Notes under the pieces: model-generated | Databases searched by the model: none | What the model saw: the letters and a program-made list of their open reading frames with translations, nothing else | Told to the model about the DNA's origin: nothing | Shown here: positions 12,801 to 24,410 of the stretch, one piece after another | Layout of the letters: the number at the start of each line of letters is the position of its first letter | How positions within the stretch are numbered: position 1 is the first letter of the stretch | NCBI GenBank assembly: GCA_964016885.1 | Contig: OZ024740.1 | Coordinates: 55,924,001-55,988,000, forward strand | Direction of reading: 5' to 3' | DNA: 64,000 nucleotides | Origin: Eledone cirrhosa | Lineage: Eukaryota | Made by a program: the position numbers and the translations under genes

Positions 12801-14760
12801 TCCTGGAAATATTAATTCTGTCTACATAATGGCACATGTATTTTATTAAATATTATATTACCTATACTACTAATATAAGATACAAAAATGCCAACGTCAT
12901 TATTATTTATAAACTGATAAAATAAATTTATAAATGGTTACCACTGTATTTTCATGATATTGCTCTTTGTTGTATTTTGCTTCAGGTTAGCCCAAATTGA
13001 GAAGACCTCGTGGCTATTATTTCGAGCAGTTTGAATACCTAAGTAAATGCTCTTTCTTAGGATCCTGATATCTTAAGTGGGGTTTTTTCTCCTTGGTAAG
13101 CTTAAACAAACAGTTTTCCCGATACCAAAATGTCACAGAATTATGATACTCAGCTTGACATCTAGACCGCTTCGTAAAGCCGAAACACTTTACTGGCCTG
13201 TCCTTATCAGTTGTTATTTTCCTCGTTTGATTATAAGCCACCACTGAAGATTTGCATTATGGATGTTATTGACTCTTTTTATTCTCTTTTATTTTTTATT
13301 TTTATTTTTTGCTTATGAATTGTCAATTCCATAGTCAGATATAATTGGAAGTTCTACACATGAATAGCCAAACTGGTGAAATGTTAATATTCTCCATTAG
13401 AAAAAAAATGACGATGTTTTTCCTTAGAGAGAAGAAATGGTTGGCAATCACTATTTTTTCATGACATAAATTGGATGCTGCATACGATTTCAGTAACCAA
13501 GGAGATGAGATTTTTCGCACGAAAACAGAAAGCTTTGATCGAAGAAAGACTTCGCTCGTTCGAAAAAAAAAAAAGAAACTGATTTATGTTTCTCTCACTA
13601 TTATATTATTCATCATTATATATTTTAGAAAATACCTTTCTTTCCATGCAAATGCCTGTACTATATCATTCACCGAGTATTTAGTTTATTTTTATCGTTG
13701 TGAGATTATATAAAGTCACATGCACACACACATTTCTCTCTTTCTCTCTATGTCTATATATATATATATATATATATATGCTTGTGTGGGTGTATGCACG
13801 TGTGTGTGTGTGTGCATGCATATATATTTATATGTGCGTGTGTGTGTTTGTGTATGTGCTTCGTTCTCAATGAGACCCCATTTTTGATATTTTATTATTG
13901 CTATAGTTTTAGAAGATAAATTAAACTAAGCAACCGTTTGTACTATTCTATCGCAATCCTAACGAAATCTTCAGCTCTATATGCAAACAGTATAGCATTA
14001 GCAAGCCAGTTTAAATTATTTTCGTAAGAAAGTAAAATAGTTCAACTAATAAACAAATATTCACTGAATCATCTAAGAATTGGATTGAAATAAAAGGATT
14101 AATAAATAGAAAACACTACGAAAATAGGGATAGAAAATAGTGATGACAGAAAAACACACTAAAAAGTATAATCCTGATTTCAGTTTAACGATGTATCCCA
14201 TATTTCTTCAAAACAATTCTTCAAATCCAATAAGAAACTCTACGCCAGAGAATACGAAGTAAAATTTATGACAAAATACTATTTAAATATTTTTCTGTAG
14301 TGACTTTGTTCAAATACTTGCCACATTCAAACTAAAATAACTTATCTATGATCAAATAGCTAATTGATTCCAGTTTTCTCAGTGAAATATAATCTGCTGC
14401 ACAAACCAATAATTCATCTAAGGTCTATATACTCTTTACCTCTCGTCCATTCAAATTTGTAACCGCTATAAGCCTCAAATAGTTGCAATAAGACATGGTG
14501 TTACAGTTATATTACAGATTTAAAAACTAAAAGCAAATAAATAGAATATCTTATAATATTCCGAAAAATAAATGTTATACTATTTCAAAAAATTCACATT
14601 TTGTCACCTCTTAAGATACACAGGTATAAGGTGAGCATATTCAAAGATTCGGGATTTTATGTATGTTTGTGTGAGTGCATGCGTATTTGTGTGTCAGTGT
14701 CTTTGTGCGAGTGTGTTTGTGTGTGTATGGCTTGGTGTGTATATGTTTCGATGTGTAATG

Positions 14761-14838
14761 ATATTAAATAGATGTTTCGATATAGACTAAAATATATCGT
14801 TATATTTTATAGTCTATATCGAAACACCAATTAAATAT
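14761..14838. repeat. Short fold-back with outward-facing GAAAC motifs
   Basis: gtttcgatatagacta...tagtctatatcgaaac. Confidence 0.7.
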
Positions 14839-15560
14839 TTCTTCCCTTGATTCCATTACCCTGACCATTTCTTACACACTATTCTGTAATTCAAACCTTT
14901 TAATGCTGGAATACCACACTTGAATATGCATAAGAGTATTTCAATGTTTCGATAAGTGCTAATTACCGAGGAAAATTAATTGCCAATGTTATAAGAATTA
15001 TCCTACATAAATATCACGAACTTTACAGTATTGAGTTCTATATATAAACCAATGAAATGTTATAGAGAGAAAAAAAGGTTGAAAGTGAAAGTGTGCGAGG
15101 AGGATATTGTGAGAAAGAATATGTGTGTTATGCAGAATTATAGATTGAAAAAGTAAACGAATCATATATACAAACCAGTACGTGTGTGTATTTAGGATTG
15201 TGTGTGTGTGCACTTATGTAAAAGCATATTGTCTTCTTACATTCTATTTTCTTCCCATTGTTCATGCTTTTACTTCTACATGCCTTTCATCAATATAAAT
15301 AATTTTTGTATCCTCCATTTCTTCTTAAATTTTATTTTGTTGTTCTGATTCTTTTTCTTATTGTTTTTTTTTCTCTATTTGATTTCTTTTTTATTGTTTC
15401 GTGGTAGACATTCCTTTCTTTTGTGTTTGAACTGTTGGGTTATTTAGATTATTACTAAGGTTTACAATAATGTTGCATATATAGTTTAATGGAATAATAA
15501 TATGAACTTTACATACCATAGCTTTTAGGAGTATCTGAAAAAGAAATGCTCAATATAGGT

Positions 15561-15668
15561 GTGTATGTTTGCATGAGTGCGCGTGTATATAACCCGTATC
15601 TAACAACATATACACTGATAAACTCATAAACACACACATATGTGTTTCTCTCTCTCTCTCTCTCTCAC

Positions 15669-15727
<59 letters not shown>

Positions 15728-15742
15728 ATATATATATATATT

Positions 15743-15786
<44 letters not shown>

Positions 15787-15788
15787 TT

Positions 15789-15820
<32 letters not shown>

Positions 15821-15836
15821 TATATATATATACATA

Positions 15837-15902
<66 letters not shown>

Positions 15903-16025
15903 CACACACATATATATATAAGTGTTTGTATGTTTACATGAGTGCGCGTGTATATAACCCGTATCTAACAACATATACACTGATAAACTCATAAGCACAC
16001 ACATACGTGTTTCACTCTCTCTCTA
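15561..16025 (+). repeat. ~100-bp direct repeat (15561-15665 and 15925-16025) separated by (TA)n
   Basis: Two near-identical copies of catgagtgcgcgtgtatataacccgtatctaacaacatatacactgataaactcataa. Confidence 0.9.
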
Positions 16026-16056
16026 TACATATACATATATATATACATATATATAC

Positions 16057-16097
<41 letters not shown>

Positions 16098-16336
16098 AGT
16101 GTTATATATATTATGTATATACATAATATATTATATATATCATATATAAATATATTATATATAATGTATAAATATATATATATATCATATATAAATATTG
16201 TTATACTTTGGTAGGGTCATGTTGCCAATAAGAAACACACGCACCAGTTGCTTTCACTTCAATTTATTATAATAGATTTATAAATTTCCAGCTGGTTGGT
16301 TGGTTGGTTCCACAACCAGATGGTTGTTTATATATT

Positions 16337-16379
16337 GTCAAAGTTCTTTCGTCACACATTCTGTGACCTCTTCAGTGAC
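16337..16379 (-). ncRNA. Minimal hammerhead ribozyme in PLE pLTR
   Basis: Minus strand reads gtca-CTGAAGA-g-gtcaca-gaatg-tgtgac-GAAA-G-AA-C-TT|tgac. Confidence 0.65.
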
Positions 16380-16583
16380 TAGGGATTATTTTCTTTGTTT
16401 TTTTTGTGCCTCTCCTTTGTTCTGTCCTACGCCATCTTGTTTGTGTGTGTGTGTTGTGTGCTTAGTTTGCGTATGTGTTACATCCGGGTGTCTGTGTGTG
16501 TTTATATTCGTTTATTTATTTGTTTATTTACATGTTACAGGTTGGTTGTTTGTTCTATGGGTGTGTGTGTTTTCATTTTGTCC

Positions 16584-17165
16584 TTAATTGTAAGTTGTGA
16601 TGGTGCTGTTCCACTCATGTTTTCTATTTAATTTTGGTTGTAATTCATTTATGTTTATTGCCTCTGTGATTTGTCTAAACATTGCGTCTTTTCTGTGTGT
16701 AGATTCTATTTTTATTTCTATGTTCTCTAATTTACCCTTATGTTCTATTTTAGCATGTTGGTAGAGTACAGATGATTCTTTACTATCTTGAAGGTCTCGC
16801 CAGTGTTCATTTATCCGTTCCCCTATACTATGAGCTGTCTAACCTATGTAAACTATATTTTTATCTCTACATTGTCCTTCAGTACATCTTATGCTATATA
16901 CTACATTTCTAGTTTTACAGTTAATATGGGGGCTTAATTTACAGATTATACATTTCTTATCTATACAGAGAGGTCTTTGAAAAGGGTATGTCTTGCTAAT
17001 AAGTGTTTTTATGGAGGTACCTGGTCTTTCTACTATCTTAATATTGAGTTTATGTTTATCTAGGGCCCTTCTAAATTTGTAAGCTAATTCACCTCTAGGG
17101 GTTGTATCGATGAACATTACACTCTGGTATTTATTACTCTCATACCATGAGTTTATTCTAAGACT
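16584..17165 (-). pseudogene. PLE Cys-rich linker and GIY-YIG endonuclease remnant
   Basis: CIDKKCIICK...NCKTRNVVYSIRC...VYIG*TAHSIGERINEH...SVLYQHAKIEH...RQITEA...LNRKHEW. There is one in-frame TAG where YIGET is expected. Confidence 0.9.
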
Positions 17166-17320
17166 TGACTTCATTCCAAATAATAGATTAGAACTCAGCA
17201 TACAGTACTTAACATTAAAAAACACACTCACAGGCACACAAACTAAACATCTCATACAAAAAAGAAAATTGATTTCGCGAAATACTATTTTGACAAAGAA
17301 CGATATTCTCGCGAAAAGCG

Positions 17321-17510
17321 TAATAATTGTTTCTACTTTAGGCACAAGGCCAGCAAATACCCAGTGCATTACTGGTACTTTATTTTATCGACCCCGTAAG
17401 GATGAAAGGCAAAGTCAACCTCGGCGGGATTTGAACTCAGATGGTAAAGGGACGTAACTATGCTGGAAAGATGGCGTCCTACCCTCTACCGATGATGCCA
17501 ATCCATCCAC
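17321..17510 (-). mobile_element. SINE family A
   Basis: Reverse complement of the family consensus. Confidence 0.88.
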
Positions 17511-17610
17511 TAAATAACGCTTAAAACAACTTAGAAAAATGTTTAATAAAAATAAAACTTTAATCCCAAAGAGAGAAAATTGGAACATTATCCACTGAAA
17601 GTTCTTTAAA

Positions 17611-17648
17611 GCCTGAAGAAGGGACTTTTAGGTCCCGAAATATTGGAC
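17611..17648 (+). ncRNA. Minimal hammerhead-like motif with weak stem I
   Basis: CTGAAGA-a-gggac..gtccc-GAAA-TA-TT|gg, followed ~150 bp later by (TA)n. Confidence 0.55.
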
Positions 17649-17792
17649 AGAAAAAAGAATAACAACAACAAACAAAACAAATATTACCAGGTAACTTACT
17701 TTTCGTTACCTCATCTAACAGTCCATTTTGAATTGTTTTGCCTTCAATCTCTTTCAACGTTATTTATACAATGCTTCAAACAAATTACATTT

Positions 17793-17838
<46 letters not shown>

Positions 17839-17853
17839 ATATATATATAAATG

Positions 17854-17903
<50 letters not shown>

Positions 17904-18433
17904 TGTATATATATATATGTATATATGCATGTATATATATATACATACATACATAGATATGTATGTATATGTATGTACGTATGTGTGAATGTGCTTAAAT
18001 ACGTGTACGGTTGTTTTTCTAGCTGAGGCAAAATGACTTAAGGGGTTTTGATAGGAATTATATTGGACGACACCAAAATATCTACGAAAACGCAAAGGAA
18101 GAAAAAATAATAACTCAACATATATAATTTAAAATCAGCAAAATGAAAAAGAAATATGGACCGTGATCAACCAACCAGATAACTGATAGTTTATGTACAC
18201 AGTATATCTAATATTACAGCATATTATCTACTAACAACAAGTAACTGGAGTATCCCGTGTTTATAAATTACTGATGCATGTATAGCTATGTTGTTAAAAA
18301 CATCGCTCCTCAACCACGTGGTTCGGGCGTCTAACTAACTATCACACTAACAGCAATTGAGGCAAGTGTCTTGTACTGCAGCAAACGATTAAGATCATGG
18401 GAGTGGAACTTGTGGACATACATTTTTTGGATA

Positions 18434-18500
<67 letters not shown>

Positions 18501-18501
18501 A

Positions 18502-18533
<32 letters not shown>

Positions 18534-18724
18534 CGATCCACTCTAACCAAAGGTGGCAGATTTTAAAATGAGATACGGGCAAGACTCCCCAGGGCCACAT
18601 CTACCATGGCAAAACTGAATGTCATATAGAAAGCAACTCCATCAGTTTTTCGACGAATATTAAATATGTGTGTGTGTGTGTACTTATACAAATGTGTGTT
18701 TGTGTTTGACTATACATCTCCAAG

Positions 18725-19010
18725 AAGTCATGTGGCTTAATGGCTAGATTGTTCGGCTCACGATTGTAAGACTGTTAATTCGGTAACTCGGTGTGTCCTT
18801 CAATAATACACTTCATTTCACGTTGCTCCAGTCCAATCAACTGGCAGGAATTTGTTGTACCTATAATTCAAAGTTTCACTCTTGTCATACACTGTGAGAC
18901 AGTAAATATTCGAGAGAAATAAGTTAAGGAATGTCTGTGGAATGCTCAGTAAATTGCATTTTAATTTAACTACCATGCCTATCCATTTTTTGGTCAATAG
19001 AAACAGTTTT
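18725..19010 (+). mobile_element. Decayed CORE-type SINE
   Basis: A-box-like tgtggcttaatgg and CORE-like gtgtccttcaataatacacttcatttcacgttgctccagtcca. Confidence 0.55.
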
Positions 19011-19088
19011 CGTCTGTATCAATGGAGGTCCAGCTTACATACACATATATATATACATAAGTTCAGATATGTATACAAATGTGTGGGT

Positions 19089-19125
<37 letters not shown>

Positions 19126-19417
19126 CTGTGTGTATACGCCTGTGTGTATATATGTACCATTGTGAAATCTGTGTGTCCATTTGCGTCAATTTACCTCAAA
19201 ATTTATCTAAACTATCTGGTAAATACACAACGATAAAATAAGAAGTAAACAGAAGTATGTAGTGGCGGCGATATAAGCTACTACATCCTTGTAAGGTGTT
19301 GCTCAATTTCACTGTATTTTAATAGCAGAAAACAGTAATAACAACGAAAGAGTAAATTACATCAATAGGCTATACGATGTTTTAGTTCCTCTTTGCCGTT
19401 CGGTATCCACTTACTTA

Positions 19418-19487
19418 CCGTATTTCCCGGCGCCGAAGACGATTTGTCCTCGAGGACGCACCCTAATTTTGACAGCCAAAAATACGG
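19418..19487. mobile_element. Tc1/mariner-superfamily (pogo/Tc2-like) MITE remnant
   Basis: TIRs CCGTATTT...AAATACGG flanked by TA on both sides. Confidence 0.65.
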
Positions 19488-19898
19488 TATATCTGAGATT
19501 TTAAAATGTTATTCATAACCGACGCACTCTGTTGCTCGGTTTAACCGCCCTGCCTAGCTCTGGTCCTAACATCCGTGACAAGAATTATATTTGAGGATAT
19601 TTTCTTCATTCTCTCCCATCGGGTTTGCTAGTCCTGAATAGGGTTGTTGGCACAGCCATTATCTCGTTTCTTAAGCAGTTAAAGTAAGAAAAAATAAAAT
19701 ACGCTTTGTCTGAGAATATGTTTTGGAAGAAGTAAAAATGTTTAAAACTTTGTTTCTAACTTCGTTATAAACAATAGTATCAGTTAATTCTGTTTTAAAT
19801 GCTAATATGTGTAGACTGCATATATTTTCTACAATCGCAATATACTTGATTATGAGAGAACTAACAATGTACTGAGAGAACTTGCAATGTAATGCAAC

Positions 19899-20859
19899 CA
19901 GTAGCGGACTGGCCAGGTTGCCAGGTTTCCCAATGGCAAGTGGGCCCCAGGGGGCCCGCGGTAGCATTGCACGAGCCCACAGTAGCATTGCAGGGCCCAC
20001 TGTAGTATTTTAGGAGCCAATACTTTGCTTTAAAAAAATACCTGAAATATAAGAGTTAGAATAAAATTTAAAAATAAAAATAAAACAATTAAGCAAAGCA
20101 TTTTCTCAACCAAGGAGGAGGAGAAATGAGGTCGAACAGAAATGAAACATGGATTGCAGGTTTAAATGTAATTTAGATAGATGAGAAAAAAAACTAGGAT
20201 GTAGTTTATGGAACACCCAAAGGATTTAGATGTCGACCTTAAGTAGGAGCAATAACATTAAGAAAGACATGAACTACACTACAACAGTTTGTTTTGAAAA
20301 TTTTGAAAGTAGGTTTATATATATGAATTTTCACAAGATCTTCTTAGTTGTCTAGCAGTAGGTACTAAAGCCGGTGGAGATCCTGTCCTTGGGTTCAATC
20401 CTGGTCGAGAGGTACATGTAACCTTTTTCAGTTTTTATTTTACAACCCATAGAAAAGAAAAATGCAAAGGTTTACCGGGAAGCCTGCTCCCGACCAGGAT
20501 CGAACTTCAGAAGATCACCATCGTCTATGATTCCTCCAACTAAGCCACCGACACAGCTTCAAAAGTATCACGAAATTCAATAATTATAAACCTACTTTCA
20601 AAATCAAAGTTAAAGAGATGGTTTTCCTAGTACTATTAGTAATAATTAGGGTCGACTTCTGGTCATTAATCTCTAGATTTCGCAAAATTCAAAAAGGCAA
20701 GATATTTCTCCGCAAAAATTTGATTGCACTCTTTTGTTTCCACTTATGTATTTTTCGAAAATATTTATTCATTATAAAAATGAAATGATAGCATTCTATA
20801 TGTAGGTGGGCCCCCTTCATCTCCTGGCAACCAATATTTTTAGACACAATCCGCCACTG
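19899..20859. mobile_element. Non-autonomous hAT-like DNA transposon
   Basis: TIRs CAGTAGCGGACTG and CAATCCGCCACTG, subterminal GGGCCCC motifs and an 8-bp TSD (aatgcaac / actgcaac). Confidence 0.8.
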
Positions 20860-21498
20860 ACTGCAACAGTCAAGTTAGTACTATCATATTTAATGAAGAA
20901 AATATGATCAATTAATATAAAAGACACATGCTAAAATATGTGTGAGGATGTAAAATAATATACAAAAATTGACAATAAATTTCATCGTAATATGGTAACT
21001 TCCACTACCAAAATTGCCACCATATTAATTAATTATATGAACTGTATGCAGTAAAGAGGGACAATTATTAATTAAATGTCCAATATTGTTTTCAGAATTA
21101 TTAGAGTACCGAAGAAAACTCTATAATATATTTAGTTACAGATCATTACGTTCTGTGCTCAAAGCCAGTCGAGATTAAATTAGCAATTGTGATGCCAGGA
21201 AATATTATGTATCATACAAAACTTTTTTATCGATATAATTGATTTCCAACCCTCCCACAAACAGAAAAGATTGCTGGCTATTAGAGACAAGTATATAAAA
21301 TCTTACCATAGCAAGTATGGGTGATAACTCAGTAGATTCGGTCTTATTAGAACTCCCCTGCGAATTATAGATTTCTTCTTGGAATGAAAACAGCAAGGCA
21401 AGCAAATTGCAATCATTACAATTGAAAGGAATGATCTGCAGGAAGCCTGCACAATATTCAATTCCAAAGTTTCTCACTGCTGCTGTTCTGACACTTCC

Positions 21499-21552
<54 letters not shown>

Positions 21553-21555
<3 letters not shown>

Positions 21556-22750
21556 GGAAAATTTGAACAGGAACAAAACAGAGAGGCAGTACAACGAATG
21601 TTTATTAATTTCACGCTCTGGAGAGTGGGGTGGTGGTGGGGAACGACGTTTCGGGCATAAGCCCTTCCTCGGGTGAGAAGTGTGTGGGAAGAGAGTTCAA
21701 AGGGTGTGTAGGGGAGTGGTGGAGAGACATATAGCGAAAGGGGGGTGGGAGGAAACGGTGCGAATGAAATTAAAAATAAAAATAAAAATAAAGCATGATC
21801 AAAATAAAATGAAATGAAATAAAAATAATAAAAGCATGATCAAAATAAACTGAAATTAAAAGGGGGTAAAACAGGTGGTGGAAGGGTGTGGGGTGTGTAG
21901 GGGTGGTGGCGGGTGGAGTGGGGAGAGGGAGACGGGGTGTCCGAGCGGGGAGGGCTGAAGGTGGTGTGTGTGTGTAGGTGTACGTGTGTGTGTGTGTGTA
22001 TGTGAAAGCAAGGGTTGGGGGAAGAACGGGGTTGCATGTTCAGGAAGAGGTGTGTGTGGGTGGGGTGTAGGTCGGAGTGTGTGTGCGCGTGTGGATAGAG
22101 GGGTGGGGGAGAGGAATCCGGAGGCTGAAGGTGTAAATATGTGGTGGAAAGCACGTGTGTGTGGGGTTTAAGCGTGTTGTGGGTGTAGGTGGCGTGTGGG
22201 AGAAAAAGATTTGTTTGGGTGTGTGTGTGGGTGAGTTATATAGGTGATTCCGTAAGAGGATGTGGTTGAAATGTTGGTAAACTCCTATGATGGTAGTAGA
22301 TTCCACGGTCAAGCTCCACATACGAGTATTCCATGAAGAGATGGTCGGAAGAGGAGAGATGTGGGGTGTGCGCGCAACAGGAAGTGATCAAGGCGGTAGG
22401 AGTGCTGTGTGTCTGTTTGTGCTGGGAGGTGGTCAGAGGGCATAGCAGCAGTCGGGTGGAATGGTAAAGGGGCGAGGATGGGTAGGTGTGAAAGTTGGAG
22501 TGACGAGGATGTGTGTGTGTATTAGTAGAGGTGTTAGTGGGATGAGTGAGTGTGGAGAAAGGGTGTGGGTGGAGCGGGGAGAGAAGGGTAAGGGGGTCGA
22601 TGGAGGGAGTGTGGTGTTCTGGTGTGTGTGTAGTTTGATGAAGGGGGTGTTAGTGGGTGTTAGTATATGGGAGGTGAAGAAAGGGTTGAATGCAGGTGTG
22701 AGTGGGGGTTAGTGGTGGTAGGGTGTGTAGAGTTGGTGGTGTACGAGGGT
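21553..22750 (-). mobile_element. Decayed Penelope-like element
   Basis: Variant HHR CCGAGGAA-gggc-ttat-gccc-GAAACGTC at 21642-21675. Peptide HILLRNHLYNSPTHTPKQIFFSHTPP resembles the PLE RT-EN linker. The 3' end abuts (TA)n. The 5' boundary is approximate. Confidence 0.55.
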
Positions 22751-22859
22751 GTGTGGGTATGTGTGCGTGGGGTTGGGGGGTGTTAGTGATGTTAGTTGCG
22801 TGTGTGTATGTGTGTGTGTCTGTGATGTGTCTGTGTGTGTGTGTGTATGTGTGTGTCGA

Positions 22860-22892
<33 letters not shown>

Positions 22893-22990
22893 GTTTGTGT
22901 ACGTATTTTCATATATATATACTCTTTTACCTGTTTCAGCCATCCGGCTGAGGCCATGCTGGGACACCGCCCTTATATATATATATTATA

Positions 22991-23175
22991 TAATTTTTTC
23001 TACTTTAGGCACAAGGCCAGTAATTAGCCAGTGCATTACTGGTACTTTATTTTATCGACCCCGTAAGGATGAAAGGCAAAGTTAACCTCGGCGGGATTTG
23101 AACTCAGACTGTAAAGGGACGTAACTATGCTAGAAAGCATGGCGTCCAACCCTCTACCGATACTGCCAATTCACC
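22991..23175 (-). mobile_element. SINE family A
   Basis: Reverse complement of the consensus. Confidence 0.88.
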
Positions 23176-23205
23176 TAACAAAATAGAACTTCTTGTGATC
23201 AAGTA

Positions 23206-23266
23206 TATTTTATTATACATATTTCAGAGGTACTGAGCTAACAGTACGTCCTCATCAGATAAAATA
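23206..23266 (-). ncRNA. Type I hammerhead ribozyme
   Basis: Minus strand reads tattttat-CTGATGA-ggacgtactg-ttagct-cagtacctct-GAAA-T-ATGT-A-TA|ataaaata. Stem I is 8 bp and the site is AUA. Confidence 0.8.
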
Positions 23267-23413
23267 AGATGATGCATGACATACCCTGACATAGTAGATG
23301 GTTAAGATCCAGTCACGGAAAACCATAACTGTTGAGTGCTTCCAATCTATTGTAAAACTCATTCTTTGATTTGTTCATTGAACCTTGTTTAACCTTTAAA
23401 TATATATATTATA

Positions 23414-23445
<32 letters not shown>

Positions 23446-23452
23446 CATATAC

Positions 23453-23552
<100 letters not shown>

Positions 23553-23684
23553 GTATACATATATGTGTGTCTGTGTGTGTCTGTGTCTGTGTCTGTGTAT
23601 GTGTCCGTGTGTATGAAAGTGGTTAGGCACAGTCATCATGATATTATGTACCAATAAATAATTATATATATGTGTGTGTGTGAT

Positions 23685-23748
<64 letters not shown>

Positions 23749-23756
23749 TGTGTGTG

Positions 23757-23801
<45 letters not shown>

Positions 23802-24356
23802 TTGTGTGTGTTTGTGTGTGTGTTTGTGTGTGTGTGTATGTGTGTGTCGATGTGTGTGTGTGTGTGTATGTGTGTGTGTTTGTGTACATATATTCATATG
23901 TGCGCGCATATTTTGTCTTCCATCTCCACACACCTATATTTCCTATTCTTGCTTAAAATAACCGCGTGAAGCCATGAGATAGATGTAAATACACTTTCAC
24001 TTTCACACACACACATACATACATATATATGTGTGTGTGTGCATGAGTGTGTGTGTGTGTATGAGTGTGTGTGTGTATGCATATATATACGTATATTAAA
24101 TTTGAATGTATATCGCTCTAGTGTATTTTGTGTACATGTATGTTATGTGCTTCTAAATCGATTGTAATGAACTGTAATGAATCATTAACACATGGTAAAC
24201 ACTTTTACATCTCAGCAAAATAAATATTCATTCAACTTGGGAAATGTCATATTATTTCAAAGTTGCTGAATTCTATTTTGTATTTTATTTCTCCTGATTT
24301 CTTTCCGCCATCTACCTCTTTCTATTTTGCTTTCCTTTCTTTCTTTCTTTTTCAAG

Positions 24357-24410
<54 letters not shown>

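Larger units (their letters stand above)
16200..17165 (-). mobile_element. 5'-truncated Penelope-like element (Naiad/Neptune-type), with endonuclease, pLTR and HHR
   Basis: GIY-YIG ORF remnant followed by an HHR and a tail pointing into an AT/TA tract. Confidence 0.85.

Noticed and set aside
16584-17165. Selenocysteine recoding as in some Naiad PLEs
   Set aside because: The only internal stop is TAG at a Glu position. No in-frame TGA was seen in this fragment.
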